A DNA stretch of 64,000 bases, from NCBI GenBank assembly GCA_963828465.1, contig CAWHEU010000022.1, positions 384,001 through 448,000 of the forward strand, in the 5' to 3' direction. Positions 31,152-41,967 of the stretch are shown here, one piece after another. The DNA comes from an uncultured Acidobacteriota bacterium. GTDB taxonomy: Bacteria; Actinomycetota; Acidimicrobiia; Spongiisociales; ZC4RG35. Position numbers and translations under genes: made by a program. The notes beneath the pieces are model-generated. The model was not told the origin of the DNA, searched no databases, and worked only from the letters and a program-made list of their open reading frames with translations. Every line of letters begins with the position of its first letter. Position 1 is the stretch's first letter.

Positions 31152-31868
31152 ATGGCCCTCCGTCACGATCAAGGAATCGTCCTCCGCAGCTACCCGTTCG
31201 GGGAAGCAGATCGGGTCGTGGTGCTGCTCAGTCCCAACAGCGGCAAGATCCGGACGGTGGCCAAAGGGATCCGCAGGACGAAGAGCCGGTTCGGTGGTCG
31301 CCTCGAGCCCTTCACCCACGTAGATCTGGTTCTCTATGAGGGCCGAAACCTCGACACCATCACTCAGGTGGCGGTGATCGAGCCCTTCCCCCGACTGCGG
31401 GCGAGCCTCGATGCGGTGGTGGCTGCGGGCACCATGGTCGAGGCGGCCGATGCGGTGGCCCAGGAAGAGGAATCCTCGACGCGGCTGTTCCTCCTGCTCC
31501 ATCGGGGTCTTCGGGCTCTCGAGGCCGGTCAGATAGGCGCGGACCTCATCACCAGCTATCTGTTGAAGCTGGCCGATGTGGTGGGGGTGGCGCCTTCGCT
31601 TCTCGTCTGTGCATCCTGTGGCCGGGCCGACGACCTGCATGGCTTCTCCTTCGGCGGTGGCGGTGCCATCTGTGACCTGTGCCGGACCGAGGGCGCCGTG
31701 CGCCTCCGCGACGGAGTGACCGTCTACCTCGCCGCCCTGGCCCAGGCCGAGTTCGGTGAGATGCCGGAGACAGATGTGAGCCTCGCCGGTGAGGCGATGG
31801 GCATCGCTCGCCGCTTCGTCGAGTACCACCTCGATCGCAAGCTCATCTCACTGGCGGTGATGGAGTGA
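31152..31868 (+). CDS. recO: DNA repair protein RecO
   Basis: GIVLRSYPFGEADR, AKGIRRTKSRFGGRLEPF, CxxC..CxxC zinc site. Confidence 0.93.
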   Translation: MALRHDQGIVLRSYPFGEADRVVVLLSPNSGKIRTVAKGIRRTKSRFGGRLEPFTHVDLVLYEGRNLDTITQVAVIEPFPRLRASLDAVVAAGTMVEAADAVAQEEESSTRLFLLLHRGLRALEAGQIGADLITSYLLKLADVVGVAPSLLVCASCGRADDLHGFSFGGGGAICDLCRTEGAVRLRDGVTVYLAALAQAEFGEMPETDVSLAGEAMGIARRFVEYHLDRKLISLAVME

Positions 31869-32620
31869 CCCTGGATGTCTCCGGGGTCGACCCCGAGCGC
31901 ATCCCGAGGCATGTCGGGCTGATCCTCGACGGGAATGGACGATGGGCCAATGCGCGTGGCCTGCCCCGGACTGCGGGGCATGCGGCCGGTGAGGCGGCTT
32001 TGTTCGACACGGTCGAAGGAGCCTTGGAGATCGGCATCGAATGGCTGACCGCCTTCACGTTCTCCACCGAGAACTGGTCGCGTTCTGACGAGGAGGTCGA
32101 GTTCCTCATGTGGTTCAACGAGGATCTCCTCACCCGTCGCCGCGACGATCTCCACGCGCAAGGAGTGAGGATGCTCTTTGCCGGCGACATGGACGACCCC
32201 AGAATCCCGGACCGGAATCGCAAACACATGGCCGAGGCAGCCCGGATGACGGCGGGCAACACCAGTCTCCACCTGGTATTCGCCTTCAACTATGGGAGCC
32301 GCCGTGAGATCGTCGACGCCACGAGGGCTCTCGCCTCCAGGGTGGCCTCAGGGGCTCTGGCAGTCGACGAGATAGACGAGACGCTGCTGGCGGGCTCGCT
32401 CTACGTGCCAGAAATGCCTGATGTCGACCTGATCATTCGATCGTCGGGGGAGCATCGGCTCTCCAACTTCCTCCTTTGGCAGTCGGCTTACGCCGAGTTC
32501 TACTTCCCGGGCATCCTCTGGCCAGACTTCGATCGACATGCCTTGCTGGACGCCGTGATCGATTACCAGGGCCGGGAGCGTCGCTTCGGCGCCGCCGAAG
32601 ACTTGTCCCGGATTGACTAA
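31865..32620 (+). CDS. uppS: cis-Prenyltransferase (polyprenyl diphosphate synthase)
   Basis: PRHVGLILDGNGRWA, FSTENW, RSSGEHRLSNFLLWQ. Confidence 0.93.
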   Translation: MTLDVSGVDPERIPRHVGLILDGNGRWANARGLPRTAGHAAGEAALFDTVEGALEIGIEWLTAFTFSTENWSRSDEEVEFLMWFNEDLLTRRRDDLHAQGVRMLFAGDMDDPRIPDRNRKHMAEAARMTAGNTSLHLVFAFNYGSRREIVDATRALASRVASGALAVDEIDETLLAGSLYVPEMPDVDLIIRSSGEHRLSNFLLWQSAYAEFYFPGILWPDFDRHALLDAVIDYQGRERRFGAAEDLSRID

Positions 32621-32652
32621 GCGCCCGGATCGGGCCACCGTTTCACCTCCGC

Positions 32653-33960
32653 ATGACGCAACCGACCCTCGAGACCATCTCCAACCTCGCCAAGAAGAGA
32701 GGCTTCGTCTTTCAGGCCTCCGAGATCTATGGCGGGATTCGCTCTGCCTATGACTACGGGCCGCTCGGCGTGGAGTTGCTGAAAAACGTCAAAGACGAGT
32801 GGTGGCGGGACATGGTCCAGCTTCGGGACGACGTGGTTGGAATTGATTCGGCCATCCTCCAGGCCCGCCAGGTGTGGCAAGCGTCGGGGCACGAGGAGGT
32901 CTTCACCGATCCCTTGGTCGAGTGCCGCAACTGCAACGCACGGCACCGGCTCGACAAGCTCGACGACCCGAACACCTGCCCGACATGTGGGAAGTCAGGG
33001 ACGTTCACCGAGCCGAAGCCATTTCACCTCATGTTCCGCACACACATGGGCCCCGTAGATTCGGATGAGAACCTGATCTATCTCCGGCCGGAGACCGCGC
33101 AGGGGATCTTCACCAACTTCGAGAACATCCGCCGCACGAATCGTCTCAAACTCCCGTTCGGGATTGCCCAGGTGGGCAAGTCGTTCCGTAACGAGATCAC
33201 TCCGGGACAGTTCGTGTTCCGCACCCGAGAGTTCGAGCAGATGGAGATGGAGTATTTCGTCAGGCCCGAGGAGGTGGACGAATGGTTCGCCTACTGGCAG
33301 GAGCGACGCTTCGCCTGGTATCTCGGACTCGGCATGACCGAGTCCAATCTCCGCATCCGGCCCCATGACGAGGATGAGCTGAGTCACTATTCGGCCGCGA
33401 CCGTCGACGTCGAGTACAGATTTCCCTGGGACTGGGACGAACTGGAGGGGATCGCAAATCGCACCGACTTCGATCTGAAACAGCACTCGGAGCACTCCGG
33501 TGAGGACCTTCGCTACTTCGACTCTGAGACAAACGAGCGATTCTTCCCTTACGCGATCGAGCCGGCGGCCGGGGCCACCAGGACAACGTTCGCCTTCCTC
33601 ATCGACGCCTATGACGAGGAGAAGGTGAACGACGAGACGAGGACCGTTCTCCGCCTCCATCCCCGTCTGGCTCCATACAAGGTGGCCATCCTCCCGTTGT
33701 CCAAGAAGGAAGATCTGATCGAGCCTGCCGAGCGCATCGCCGCAGAGCTTCGGCAACGGTGGATGGTCGAGATGGACGTGACCCAGTCGATCGGGCGGCG
33801 CTACCGGCGACAGGACGAGATCGGCACCCCGTATGCCGTCACCGTGGACTTCGAGACCTTGGAAGATCAGGCGGTGACTGTCAGGGACCGGGACTCGATG
33901 AAACAGGACCGGGTCTCGATGGACCGTCTTGTGGATTACCTCGCCGAGCGTCTCGACTGA
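32653..33960 (+). CDS. glyQS: Glycine--tRNA ligase (homodimeric type)
   Basis: YLRPETAQGIF, FRNEITP..FRTREFEQME, IGRRYRRQDEIGTP. Confidence 0.95.
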   Translation: MTQPTLETISNLAKKRGFVFQASEIYGGIRSAYDYGPLGVELLKNVKDEWWRDMVQLRDDVVGIDSAILQARQVWQASGHEEVFTDPLVECRNCNARHRLDKLDDPNTCPTCGKSGTFTEPKPFHLMFRTHMGPVDSDENLIYLRPETAQGIFTNFENIRRTNRLKLPFGIAQVGKSFRNEITPGQFVFRTREFEQMEMEYFVRPEEVDEWFAYWQERRFAWYLGLGMTESNLRIRPHDEDELSHYSAATVDVEYRFPWDWDELEGIANRTDFDLKQHSEHSGEDLRYFDSETNERFFPYAIEPAAGATRTTFAFLIDAYDEEKVNDETRTVLRLHPRLAPYKVAILPLSKKEDLIEPAERIAAELRQRWMVEMDVTQSIGRRYRRQDEIGTPYAVTVDFETLEDQAVTVRDRDSMKQDRVSMDRLVDYLAERLD

Positions 33961-34034
33961 CTCCATCGCCGTCTGTAGAGAGTTCGTCCCCGCATCGTGA
34001 AGGAACGCCCGGTCGTACTTATGATCGGTCGGCC

Positions 34035-35771
34035 ATGGCAGAGCGAGGTGACATCGATCGGGTTCGGGAGTCCACCGACCTCGTCGACCTGATCTCCGAG
34101 GTCACCAAGGTCAAGCGCTCGGGCCGGAGCTTCATGGCGGTCTGCCCCTTCCACGAGGAGAAGACCCCTTCCATGTCGGTAGACCGTGCTCGGGGGCTCT
34201 ACCACTGCTTCGGGTGCGGCAAGGGAGGCGATGTCTTCAGCTTCGTGCAGGAGACCCAGGGTGTCGACTTCGCCGATGCCCTCGAGCTGCTCGCCAGGCG
34301 GGCAGGGATCACGCTGGTCCGGGACCCTGCCGACGCCCGGCAGAGGGGGCGTCGGGGGGAGGCAGTCGAGGCGCTGAAGAGGGCGATCGACGTCTATCAC
34401 GACCGATTGAAGAAGGCACCGGAGGCGGGGGCGGCCCGGGCCTATCTTCGCCAGCGTGGTTACGACGTCGGGATCATCGACGAATGGAAGCTCGGGTTCG
34501 CCGCAACCGACTGGGACACATTGACCAAGGAGCTCAAGGCGGGCGGGCTCGATGACCGGGTACTCGTCGATGCCGGTCTATCCCGTCGGGGCCGGCATGG
34601 CCTGTTCGATGTCTTCAGGGGCAGGCTCATGTTCCCCATCCACGACCTCCGTGGTGACGCCGTCGGGTTCGGTGGCCGGAAGATCGACGAGATCGATCGC
34701 AATGCCACGAACAATCCGGACGCGAAATACGTGAACTCGGCCGATTCGGTGGTCTATCACAAGGCTCAGGTCCTGTTCGGGCTGGATCGGGCCCGTCGAG
34801 AGATATCCGACGACCACCCGGCGGTGATCGTCGAGGGGTATACCGACGTGATCGCCATGCATCAGGCCGGGGTCAAGACTGCCGTTGCAACCTGTGGCAC
34901 CGCCCTCGGAGACGGTCACTTCGATCTCCTGCGGCGGTTCAGCGAGAAGGTGGTACTCGCATTCGACTCAGACGAAGCTGGGTCCAAAGCCGCGCTCAGG
35001 GGCGACGAGCTGGAGTCGCCATTTCGCCTCGATCTCGACTTGCGAGTGGCGGTGATGCCCGACGGGCTCGACCCGGCTGATCTGGTGCAGCAGGACCGAA
35101 AAGAGGAGCTGTTCTCGGCGGTAAACGGGGCGAGACCGCTCCTGGAGCGAAGGATCGAGCACGAGGTGAGCCGTCACGATCTGTCCGGACCCGAAGGCAG
35201 AGCGCGTGCCCTTCATGCCGCTGCCGCCCAGGTGCGCCGGGTCAACGATGGGATCGCCCGTCGTGAGTACGCACGGTATGTCGCCCGGCTGGTCGGCGTC
35301 GAGCTCGAGGCGGCTCAAGCTGCGATAGACGGCGACCGGGGCAGGCGCGGCCGCGCCGAGCCCGGAGTCGAGCGGCCGCTGGACCGGATCGAGTTAGAGC
35401 TCATGCGAGTGTTGATCGCGGACCCCTCATCGGTGGAAGGTGTGGTTGCCGAAGACTTCACGGATCAGCGGCTGAGGCAGGCGTTCTCCGCCCTCGATCT
35501 GTCGGCGGTGGTACCGGGTGAGCCGGTCGACATCTCGGAGGCCGGCGAGGAGGAGACGCGATCGTTGCTGCGCTCATTGGCCATGGACGACCGCCCGCTG
35601 TCGTCAGGTCCTGAGATTCTGTCTCGGGTGAAGGAGCGGAGGCTGGACGCCGAGATCGAGGATCTGCAGCGGATATTGGCTGGAATGGAGCCCGGAACCG
35701 ATGCTCATTCCGACAACCTCCGCCGCTTGATAGCTTTACAGCAGGAGAAGCGATCCTCCACCCGGATGTGA
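34035..35771 (+). CDS. dnaG: DNA primase
   Basis: [14 protein letters not shown] zinc finger, KYVNS, VEGYTD, FDSDEAG (TOPRIM). Confidence 0.95.
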   Translation: MAERGDIDRVRESTDLVDLISEVTKVKRSGRSFMAVCPFHEEKTPSMSVDRARGLYHCFGCGKGGDVFSFVQETQGVDFADALELLARRAGITLVRDPADARQRGRRGEAVEALKRAIDVYHDRLKKAPEAGAARAYLRQRGYDVGIIDEWKLGFAATDWDTLTKELKAGGLDDRVLVDAGLSRRGRHGLFDVFRGRLMFPIHDLRGDAVGFGGRKIDEIDRNATNNPDAKYVNSADSVVYHKAQVLFGLDRARREISDDHPAVIVEGYTDVIAMHQAGVKTAVATCGTALGDGHFDLLRRFSEKVVLAFDSDEAGSKAALRGDELESPFRLDLDLRVAVMPDGLDPADLVQQDRKEELFSAVNGARPLLERRIEHEVSRHDLSGPEGRARALHAAAAQVRRVNDGIARREYARYVARLVGVELEAAQAAIDGDRGRRGRAEPGVERPLDRIELELMRVLIADPSSVEGVVAEDFTDQRLRQAFSALDLSAVVPGEPVDISEAGEEETRSLLRSLAMDDRPLSSGPEILSRVKERRLDAEIEDLQRILAGMEPGTDAHSDNLRRLIALQQEKRSSTRM

Positions 35772-36895
35772 ACGAAGAACTCAGCAAGGTCGTCGCCGCC
35801 CTGGTCAAGAGGGGCAAGCATCGTGGCTTTCTCACGATGGCAGAAGTCCAGCAAGAGCTGGAGGATGCCGAGGCGTCCGGAGAGGCATTCGAGGAAGTCG
35901 CTGACGCCCTCCGCTCCCAGGGAATCAAGCTCACGGAGGAGGGGCCGGGAGTCACAGAGGAGTTCGTCGAGGTCGGCCAGATTTCGGTCTCGGACCCGGT
36001 GCGCCTCTATCTCAACGAGATCGGTAGGTATCCCCTTCTCACCAGCCAGCAGGAAGTGGAGCTGGCGATGCACATGGAGGCGGGACATCGGGCGCAGGCC
36101 CGCCTCGACGAGGAGGGGCTGATCGATGAGGACCGGGCTGTCCTCGGGCATGAGATAGACATCGGCGACGCAGCCCAGAAGCAGCTCGTTCAGTCCAATC
36201 TTCGCCTGGTCGTGGCATTGGCCCGACGCTACGTCGGGCGCGGGATGGCCTTGCTCGACCTGATCCAGGAGGGCAACGTCGGTCTGATGCGTGCCGTGGA
36301 GCGGTTCGACTATCGAAGGGGCTTCAAGTTCTCCACCTACGCCACCTGGTGGATCCGTCAGGCGATCTCCAGGGCAATCGCCGATCAGGGCCGGACAATC
36401 CGTATGCCGATCCACGTCCTCGATTCGGTCAACAAGCTGACCCGGGCTCAGCGGGAGATGACCCAGACGATGGGACGTAAACCCACTCTCGACGAGCTGG
36501 CCTTTGAGCTCGACATCGAACCCGCTCGGGTCGCGGAGCTGCAGCGAATCGCCCAGGATACGGTCTCCCTGGAGACGCCGGTTGGCGAGGACGACGACGG
36601 CACTCTCGGTGACCTCGTCGAAGATCTCGAGTCAGATCGCCCAGCGGATGTCGCCACCTTCTCGTCTTTGCAGGATCAACTGGCCATGGCCCTGGAGGGT
36701 CTGAACGAGCGGGAGCGTGAGGTCTTGATCATGCGGTTCGGCCTGGCCGATGGGCGGATGCGCACCCTCGAGGAGGTCGGGTCCCATTTCAAGGTGACCC
36801 GTGAGCGGATCCGACAGCTGGAGACCAAGGCATTGGCCAAGCTCCGGCACCCCGACAAGTCACAGAAGCTGGAGGGGTTCCTGGAGAACTCCTGA
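35768..36895 (+). CDS. rpoD: Primary (group 1) sigma-70 factor
   Basis: Region 1.1, [43 protein letters not shown]. Confidence 0.92.
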   Translation: MNEELSKVVAALVKRGKHRGFLTMAEVQQELEDAEASGEAFEEVADALRSQGIKLTEEGPGVTEEFVEVGQISVSDPVRLYLNEIGRYPLLTSQQEVELAMHMEAGHRAQARLDEEGLIDEDRAVLGHEIDIGDAAQKQLVQSNLRLVVALARRYVGRGMALLDLIQEGNVGLMRAVERFDYRRGFKFSTYATWWIRQAISRAIADQGRTIRMPIHVLDSVNKLTRAQREMTQTMGRKPTLDELAFELDIEPARVAELQRIAQDTVSLETPVGEDDDGTLGDLVEDLESDRPADVATFSSLQDQLAMALEGLNEREREVLIMRFGLADGRMRTLEEVGSHFKVTRERIRQLETKALAKLRHPDKSQKLEGFLENS

Positions 36896-36936
36896 TCGGC
36901 CGGGCACGTGGGTGCCCGTCGTGGCAATATCGGGCC

Positions 36937-37182
36937 ATGAGATTTAGATCCGGACTCGTGGTCGGCGCAGCCTTCGGGTATGTCTTGGGAACCCGTGCTG
37001 GGCGGCAGCGGTACGACCAGATCAAGCACTGGGCCGGTGAGGCGAGGAAACACCCTGCGGTGGCCCAACTGGCGAACCAGACCGTAGGCGCGGTCGATGC
37101 GGGACGCTATGTCGCCGCCACCGGGCTCACGTCGGTAGCCAAGGGGCTTCGCACGGTCGACACTCACTCAAGCTCTGAGTAG
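36937..37182 (+). CDS. Small actinobacterial membrane-anchored protein (YtxH-like N-terminus)
   Basis: GLVVGAAFGYVLGTRAGRQRYDQI pattern. Confidence 0.65.
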   Translation: MRFRSGLVVGAAFGYVLGTRAGRQRYDQIKHWAGEARKHPAVAQLANQTVGAVDAGRYVAATGLTSVAKGLRTVDTHSSSE

Positions 37183-37225
37183 ACAGAAGCCGACTGGTAC
37201 CCTGACCCCTGCCAGTCGGCAACCT

Positions 37226-37298
37226 TCCGCGGTAGCTCAATTGGTAGAGCAGTGGACTGTTAATCCATTGGTTGTAGGTTCGAGTCCTACCCGCGGAG
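37226..37298 (+). tRNA. tRNA-Asn(GTT); CCA not encoded
   Basis: TCCGCGG acceptor pairs with CCGCGGA; D arm tagctcaattggtagagc; anticodon loop ctGTTaa; T arm gtaggTTCGAGTcctac. Confidence 0.97.
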
Positions 37299-37538
37299 CA
37301 GCGACACCGACAATCCCTGGTTATACAAGGTGATTTCGGTAATCCCGCCTCCTTCCATGTTGCCCCACGTCGGAAAACTGGGCTGGGGGGCCCATTCCTG
37401 AGACCGCAAGCCGGGCTCGCCGTGGACAGGAAATTCAAAGAACTGGTCGTACGCGACCTCTGGCGATAGCTTTCATCGGTTAGCAACATTGGAAGGCTTG
37501 CCCTGGTTCAAGATCGGACCGTCGTCGAAGGATTCACC

Positions 37539-37970
37539 GTGTTCGTTCTCGGCAACGAACGGCGGCTCCGCCACGCTCTGAGCGCAACCCTGGGGTTGGA
37601 GACCGGCCGTGAAGCGGCAGCCGAAGCCCTGGCTTATGGCTGGGAGCATTGGGAACGGATCAGGGAAATGGAGAATTCGATCGGTTACCTCTATGTGGTG
37701 GGGCGAGACCGGGGGCGGAAGATGAGCCGCAACCGCCGAGTCGTCTTCCCGGATGTCATCGAGGATCGCACCCCGTGGGTGGAACCGGGACTGCCCCGAG
37801 CCTTGGCCGCCCTACCTGAGAGGGAGCGAGTGGTGGTTCTTCTGGTTCATGCTTATGGATGGGCGATGAGTGAGGTGGCCGAACTGCTCGAAGTCACCAA
37901 GAGCACGGTGCAGACCCACTCTGAAAGAGGCGTCAGGAAGCTCCGTCGCAAGTTAGGGGTGAGCCTGTGA
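37539..37970 (+). CDS. Small ECF-type sigma-70 factor (copy 1); true start probably about 40 nt upstream
   Basis: GREAAAEALAYGWEHWERI..GYLY (region 2); ALAALPERERVVVLL..EVAELLEVTKSTVQTHSERG (region 4.2). The frame stays open upstream (LVQDRTVVEGFT). Confidence 0.85.
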   Translation: MFVLGNERRLRHALSATLGLETGREAAAEALAYGWEHWERIREMENSIGYLYVVGRDRGRKMSRNRRVVFPDVIEDRTPWVEPGLPRALAALPERERVVVLLVHAYGWAMSEVAELLEVTKSTVQTHSERGVRKLRRKLGVSL

Positions 37971-39115
37971 GCCGAGACATTCTGAGTCAGATCCGGGATT
38001 ACGGGTCGCAGATCGACGACGGCCAAGCCCCACTCACTGTGTCTGAAGTCATCGACCGGGCGAGTGTGGTGCAGACCATCCCTCAGGACCCGCGTGGCAT
38101 CCACCCCCGACGAACGAGACGTGGACTCAAAGCGTTCGCCTTTGCAGCCGGCCTCGTCGTCATGGTGGCGCTCACCATCGTCCTCGGCGCCACCCGCACA
38201 GATGTTCCGCCTGCGGTCACCACAATCCCTACGCCGACGACAACGCCGGTCATACCACCGACCACGGTCTCCGCGCCGGAGCCCGACCCGACGCCTTTGG
38301 TCAAGTGGCCCCAGTCGAGTCTGGAGGAGGTGCGGGAGGCACAGGAGCTCGCCGATGCTGGAGACCCCAACTACACGTGGCAGCTCGAACCGAACATGGC
38401 ATCGATCTTGATGGGCACGGAGCAGGTCGATACTCCCGAGATCCTCGCCCGATTGCTCCGGGAGGAGCTCGGTTGGGAGGAATTCGCCCTGGTCGCGATA
38501 CCAGGTAACGCCGCCGAGTCCGGGGGCATCCGGGCGGAGGGGCTCCAGTTCATCCGGTGTGAGCCGGGGAAGAGCAATCCCATCTGGCCGGATGATCCCC
38601 GGTTCGGCGGATGCGCACCAACCATCGACGACTTCCACTACGAGAGGGTGGAGATCTACGTGGCGCAGCCCGGCAAGCGGGGCCCGGAAGGGATCTGGGT
38701 GGCTTCCATGTGGGGGGAGGTCGATCCATTCGAGCAGGTCGCCCCACTCACCGACGCCGAGATCGCGGCGATCATGGAGCCCTTCCTCCAGGCAAGGATC
38801 GCCGGTGAGGGAGCCGAGCAGTATCTGGGCGATCTAAGCGCCGGGGACTGGCTAAGCAGCGGGTGGTTGGCGCCCGGGTTCCTGTATGCCACCAGCACCG
38901 GTGCCCCCTATGAGCGAGCCGAGTTCGAGGTCGTCAATGGGGGGGAATGGCCGGGTGGCTCGATGACCGTAAAGGTTCGGCTGTTCGCCGACGGGGGCCA
39001 GACCGTGGTGGAGCAGACCTTCTCGTTGTGGCGGGACGTGGCGGGCCGCTGGCCGCTCTATCACCACCAGGATGACCAGAGCACCGAGAACGGGCAGCCC
39101 CTGCCCAAGACCTGA
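37967..39115 (+). CDS. Single-pass membrane protein, putative anti-sigma/sensor 1
   Basis: Overlaps the sigma stop (GTGA); short cytoplasmic N-terminus, basic patch, TM helix, Thr/Pro linker, extracytoplasmic domain paralogous to 40291-41946. Confidence 0.75.
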   Translation: MSRDILSQIRDYGSQIDDGQAPLTVSEVIDRASVVQTIPQDPRGIHPRRTRRGLKAFAFAAGLVVMVALTIVLGATRTDVPPAVTTIPTPTTTPVIPPTTVSAPEPDPTPLVKWPQSSLEEVREAQELADAGDPNYTWQLEPNMASILMGTEQVDTPEILARLLREELGWEEFALVAIPGNAAESGGIRAEGLQFIRCEPGKSNPIWPDDPRFGGCAPTIDDFHYERVEIYVAQPGKRGPEGIWVASMWGEVDPFEQVAPLTDAEIAAIMEPFLQARIAGEGAEQYLGDLSAGDWLSSGWLAPGFLYATSTGAPYERAEFEVVNGGEWPGGSMTVKVRLFADGGQTVVEQTFSLWRDVAGRWPLYHHQDDQSTENGQPLPKT

Positions 39116-39196
39116 GGGACGGCGATGGGATCGATGGAAGGGGCCGGGATCAGGTCAGGATCGCGTCTTGGGTTTGGCCCTGGTGGTCGCGCTGAT

Positions 39197-39375
39197 GCAC
39201 TTCGCGTGTAGCCATTTGTGTAGCCGTACGTAGCAGGACAGGACAACACCAGACAACACGACTGGTGGAAATTCCCAGACAGGACAGCACCAAACATCAC
39301 GCACTAGGACTGGACGGACGGGGTGGGCGGGACTGTTAATCCATTGGTTGTAGGTTCGAGTCCTACCCGCGGAGC
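39197..39375 (+). repeat. att-like repeat copy A: 133-bp arm region plus 46-bp tRNA-Asn 3' end
   Basis: Core identical to 37254-37299; arm aligns without gaps to 45802-45934 with 14 mismatches by hand count. Confidence 0.92.
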
Positions 39376-39818
39376 CCAAATTCTTCCGCTCATTGTTGGC
39401 ATTCTTGGTTGTGGCCAGGGGCGAACAAGTGTTCACGTGTAGCCATTCTGTAGAGCAGAGGGGACCGAACCCACGAGGTGTGGTTCGCCACCGACTACTG
39501 CCGAACCCGACGAATCGACGCCATGACCGTCGCTGAGCCTGTCCAGGACTACCTGACCCGGGTGGGCGATGAGCGGCAACCGCCGACTCTGCCGTAACCC
39601 CAACCACCGGCCCAAGAGCCCGATACCCCGCCCGCGGATCCCGTCTGGCGCTATGGAGATTTTGCGAAATACGGGCCCCTGGAGTTTGGCCCGAAGACAG
39701 CCACATCTCCCTACCCGCCAGCGGGTCGGAGTTCCAGCTGCGATGAGGCTCAGGGCAGAAGCGTCGATTCAAAATGCTTGTGGTGTAAACCTCTCAGTCG
39801 GTGTCTTATGACAGTGAC

Positions 39819-40301
39819 ATGGTGAGGCCTGCTCTTTCCGAGGTGGTTGTCGGCCCAGGCTTTGTTGCGTTCGTCCGAGAGGTCGAACCCAAGCTCCGCC
39901 GAGCGCTTGTCGCCGGTTTTGGCATCGACATTGGGCGGGAGGCCACCGCTGAGGCGCTGGCTTATGGGTGGGAGCACTGGGAGAGGGTGCGTCATCTGGA
40001 GAATCCGGCTGGCTACCTGTATCGGGTCGGTCAGAGCTGGGCGAGACGGCGACCACTGCGTCGTGTCCTGTTTCCGGACTCGCCTGCCAGTAATGAGCCA
40101 TGGTTCGAGCCTGGTTTGGGCCCGGCATTGCGGGCCCTGAGTGCGAGGCAGCGACAAGCGGTGATCCTGGTCCACGCGATGGGTCTGAGCCAGGCGGAGA
40201 CCGCCGCGATGCTCGGACTGAAGCCGACTTCTGTTCAGAACCACCTGCAGCGGGGCCTCTCGCGGCTTCGTATAGCCCTGGGGGTTGACGATGAGACTTG
40301 A
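39819..40301 (+). CDS. Small ECF-type sigma-70 factor (copy 2)
   Basis: EPKLRRALVAGFG..GREATAEALAYGWEHWERV..NPAGYLYRVG..ALRALSARQRQAVILVH..SVQNHLQRGL. Confidence 0.88.
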   Translation: MVRPALSEVVVGPGFVAFVREVEPKLRRALVAGFGIDIGREATAEALAYGWEHWERVRHLENPAGYLYRVGQSWARRRPLRRVLFPDSPASNEPWFEPGLGPALRALSARQRQAVILVHAMGLSQAETAAMLGLKPTSVQNHLQRGLSRLRIALGVDDET

Positions 40302-41946
40302 AACACGACTCCTCGACTACGTCGATGAGATGGCACCGCCGGTCACCACCGAGGAGGCGATTGCTCGAAGTGAGTCGCCGAACCGTTTATGGGTGCGCGT
40401 GGCTTCCGCTACCAAGACCGAGGAGTCAGCGAAGACCCAGACCCCTGGCCCGAGGCGAGGCCTTGTCTGGGCGGTAGTGGTATTCGTGGTCATCCTCGCC
40501 GTGGGCGGGTTGTATTCCGCCTTCAGTGGCGATGACAGCCAGGTGGTCGATCAAACCACCGTCCCCACCCCGACCACGGTCCCCACAAGCGTATTGGACT
40601 CCATGTGGCCGCAGTCGAGTCTGGAGGAGGTGGAGGAGGCCCAAGAGCTCGCCGACGCTGGCGATCCCGATTTCACTTGGCAGCTCGATGCGACGCTGGC
40701 CGCCGGTGGCGATCCATGGGGAGCGGAGATATTCGCCCGGTTTATCGAAGATGAACTCGGCTGGGAGGCCTGGGAGGCCGCTGCTTTCGATGGATGGTTG
40801 GGCGGTGATGGGGGAGGCTACGAGCAGGTCCTCTTCATCCGTTGCGCGCCCGGCGAGACCAACCCATTGAGCCCGGTGTACTCGGAGGCGCCACCCGAGA
40901 TCGGCCAGTGTGCGCCGACGATCGACGAGCTCAGCTACGAGACGGTGGGTATCAGTGTGTCCCAGCCCGGCCTTCGGGGTCGTTCGGGCCTTTGGGTGGT
41001 GACTGGGTGGGAGACTCTCCAGCCCAAGTCCCCTGAGGCTCTCTGGGAACTCCTCACCCCAGACCTCTTGGCCGGGAGGCAGGTCGAGCAGGTCGTCCCG
41101 CCATCCGACACTGAATTAGCCGCTCTCCTGGACGGGTTCCTACAAGCCCGGGTGGACGGTGCAGGGGCCGAGCAGTATCTGCTCCACGAGCCAGAGGAGT
41201 GGATCTTTGAGGATGTGCCGCTCCTGTACGCCACGACCAGCGGCGCACCCTTTGAGCGCTTCGAGATCTTTCGGGTAAATGGCCCGCGCTGGCCGACCGG
41301 AAGGATTCTGGTCAGGGTACGGCTGTTCGCCGAGGGTGGGACCGTGGTCGAGCAGTTGTTCCATGTGGTCCGCAGTGATGGACACCTCGGCCTCGTGTAC
41401 GGATACTTCGACGACGTACTCCAGAGCACCGAAAACGGGCAGTCCGTGAACATCATCCTCGATGGCGAGGTGACCTTCGCCACGGCCCCCCCATGGAGAA
41501 GGTCAGTGATTGACCCTTCCGACGCTTCCGACACTTACATGAGATTTCAGGCGGGGAGAGAGGAATTCGTCGCGATCGGGACGGATCCCCCACCGGCCGC
41601 GGGGGACTGTGAGAACCCCTTGGCTCCTGCAGATGCCGAGGCGCTGGCTCGGAGCATCATGGCCAACCCCGACTTCGAGACCAACGGGACCGTCCCGGTG
41701 CGCATCGCGGGTCTCGACGGGCTGCAGATGGATGTGGGCATTAACCGCAACGTGCACTCCTGCTGGTTTCGGGGGTTCGGACCAGATCAACTCGCTCAGT
41801 GGCGGACGCGCCTGTACATGCTCGACTACCCCGGCGATTCGGCGCAGATCCTGATCATCGCGGTCATCGCCCCGGCGATCGACTTGGAGCGCGTGATCGA
41901 GGAGGCGACACCCATCGTGGAGTCCCTCGAGATCAATGCCCCCTGA
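40291..41946 (+). CDS. Single-pass membrane protein, putative anti-sigma/sensor 2 (partner-1 domain plus an extra C-terminal domain)
   Basis: Overlaps the sigma; shares WPQSSLEEV.EAQELADAGDP, FIRC.PG, CAPTID, FLQAR..G.GAEQYL and QSTENGQ with partner 1. Confidence 0.75.
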   Translation: MRLETRLLDYVDEMAPPVTTEEAIARSESPNRLWVRVASATKTEESAKTQTPGPRRGLVWAVVVFVVILAVGGLYSAFSGDDSQVVDQTTVPTPTTVPTSVLDSMWPQSSLEEVEEAQELADAGDPDFTWQLDATLAAGGDPWGAEIFARFIEDELGWEAWEAAAFDGWLGGDGGGYEQVLFIRCAPGETNPLSPVYSEAPPEIGQCAPTIDELSYETVGISVSQPGLRGRSGLWVVTGWETLQPKSPEALWELLTPDLLAGRQVEQVVPPSDTELAALLDGFLQARVDGAGAEQYLLHEPEEWIFEDVPLLYATTSGAPFERFEIFRVNGPRWPTGRILVRVRLFAEGGTVVEQLFHVVRSDGHLGLVYGYFDDVLQSTENGQSVNIILDGEVTFATAPPWRRSVIDPSDASDTYMRFQAGREEFVAIGTDPPPAAGDCENPLAPADAEALARSIMANPDFETNGTVPVRIAGLDGLQMDVGINRNVHSCWFRGFGPDQLAQWRTRLYMLDYPGDSAQILIIAVIAPAIDLERVIEEATPIVESLEINAP

Positions 41947-41967
41947 AGACGACGGAATGGAGAGGAC

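Noticed and set aside
39330-39375. Second and third tRNA-Asn genes (also 45935-45980)
   Set aside because: Only the anticodon-to-3' part is present; the 5' acceptor strand and D arm are missing, so these are att-type duplications.
39155-39772. Minus-strand ORFs sharing SAGRTRTYNQWINSP (also 37127-37489, 45721-46002)
   Set aside because: They are translations of the antisense tRNA/att repeat, not a protein family.
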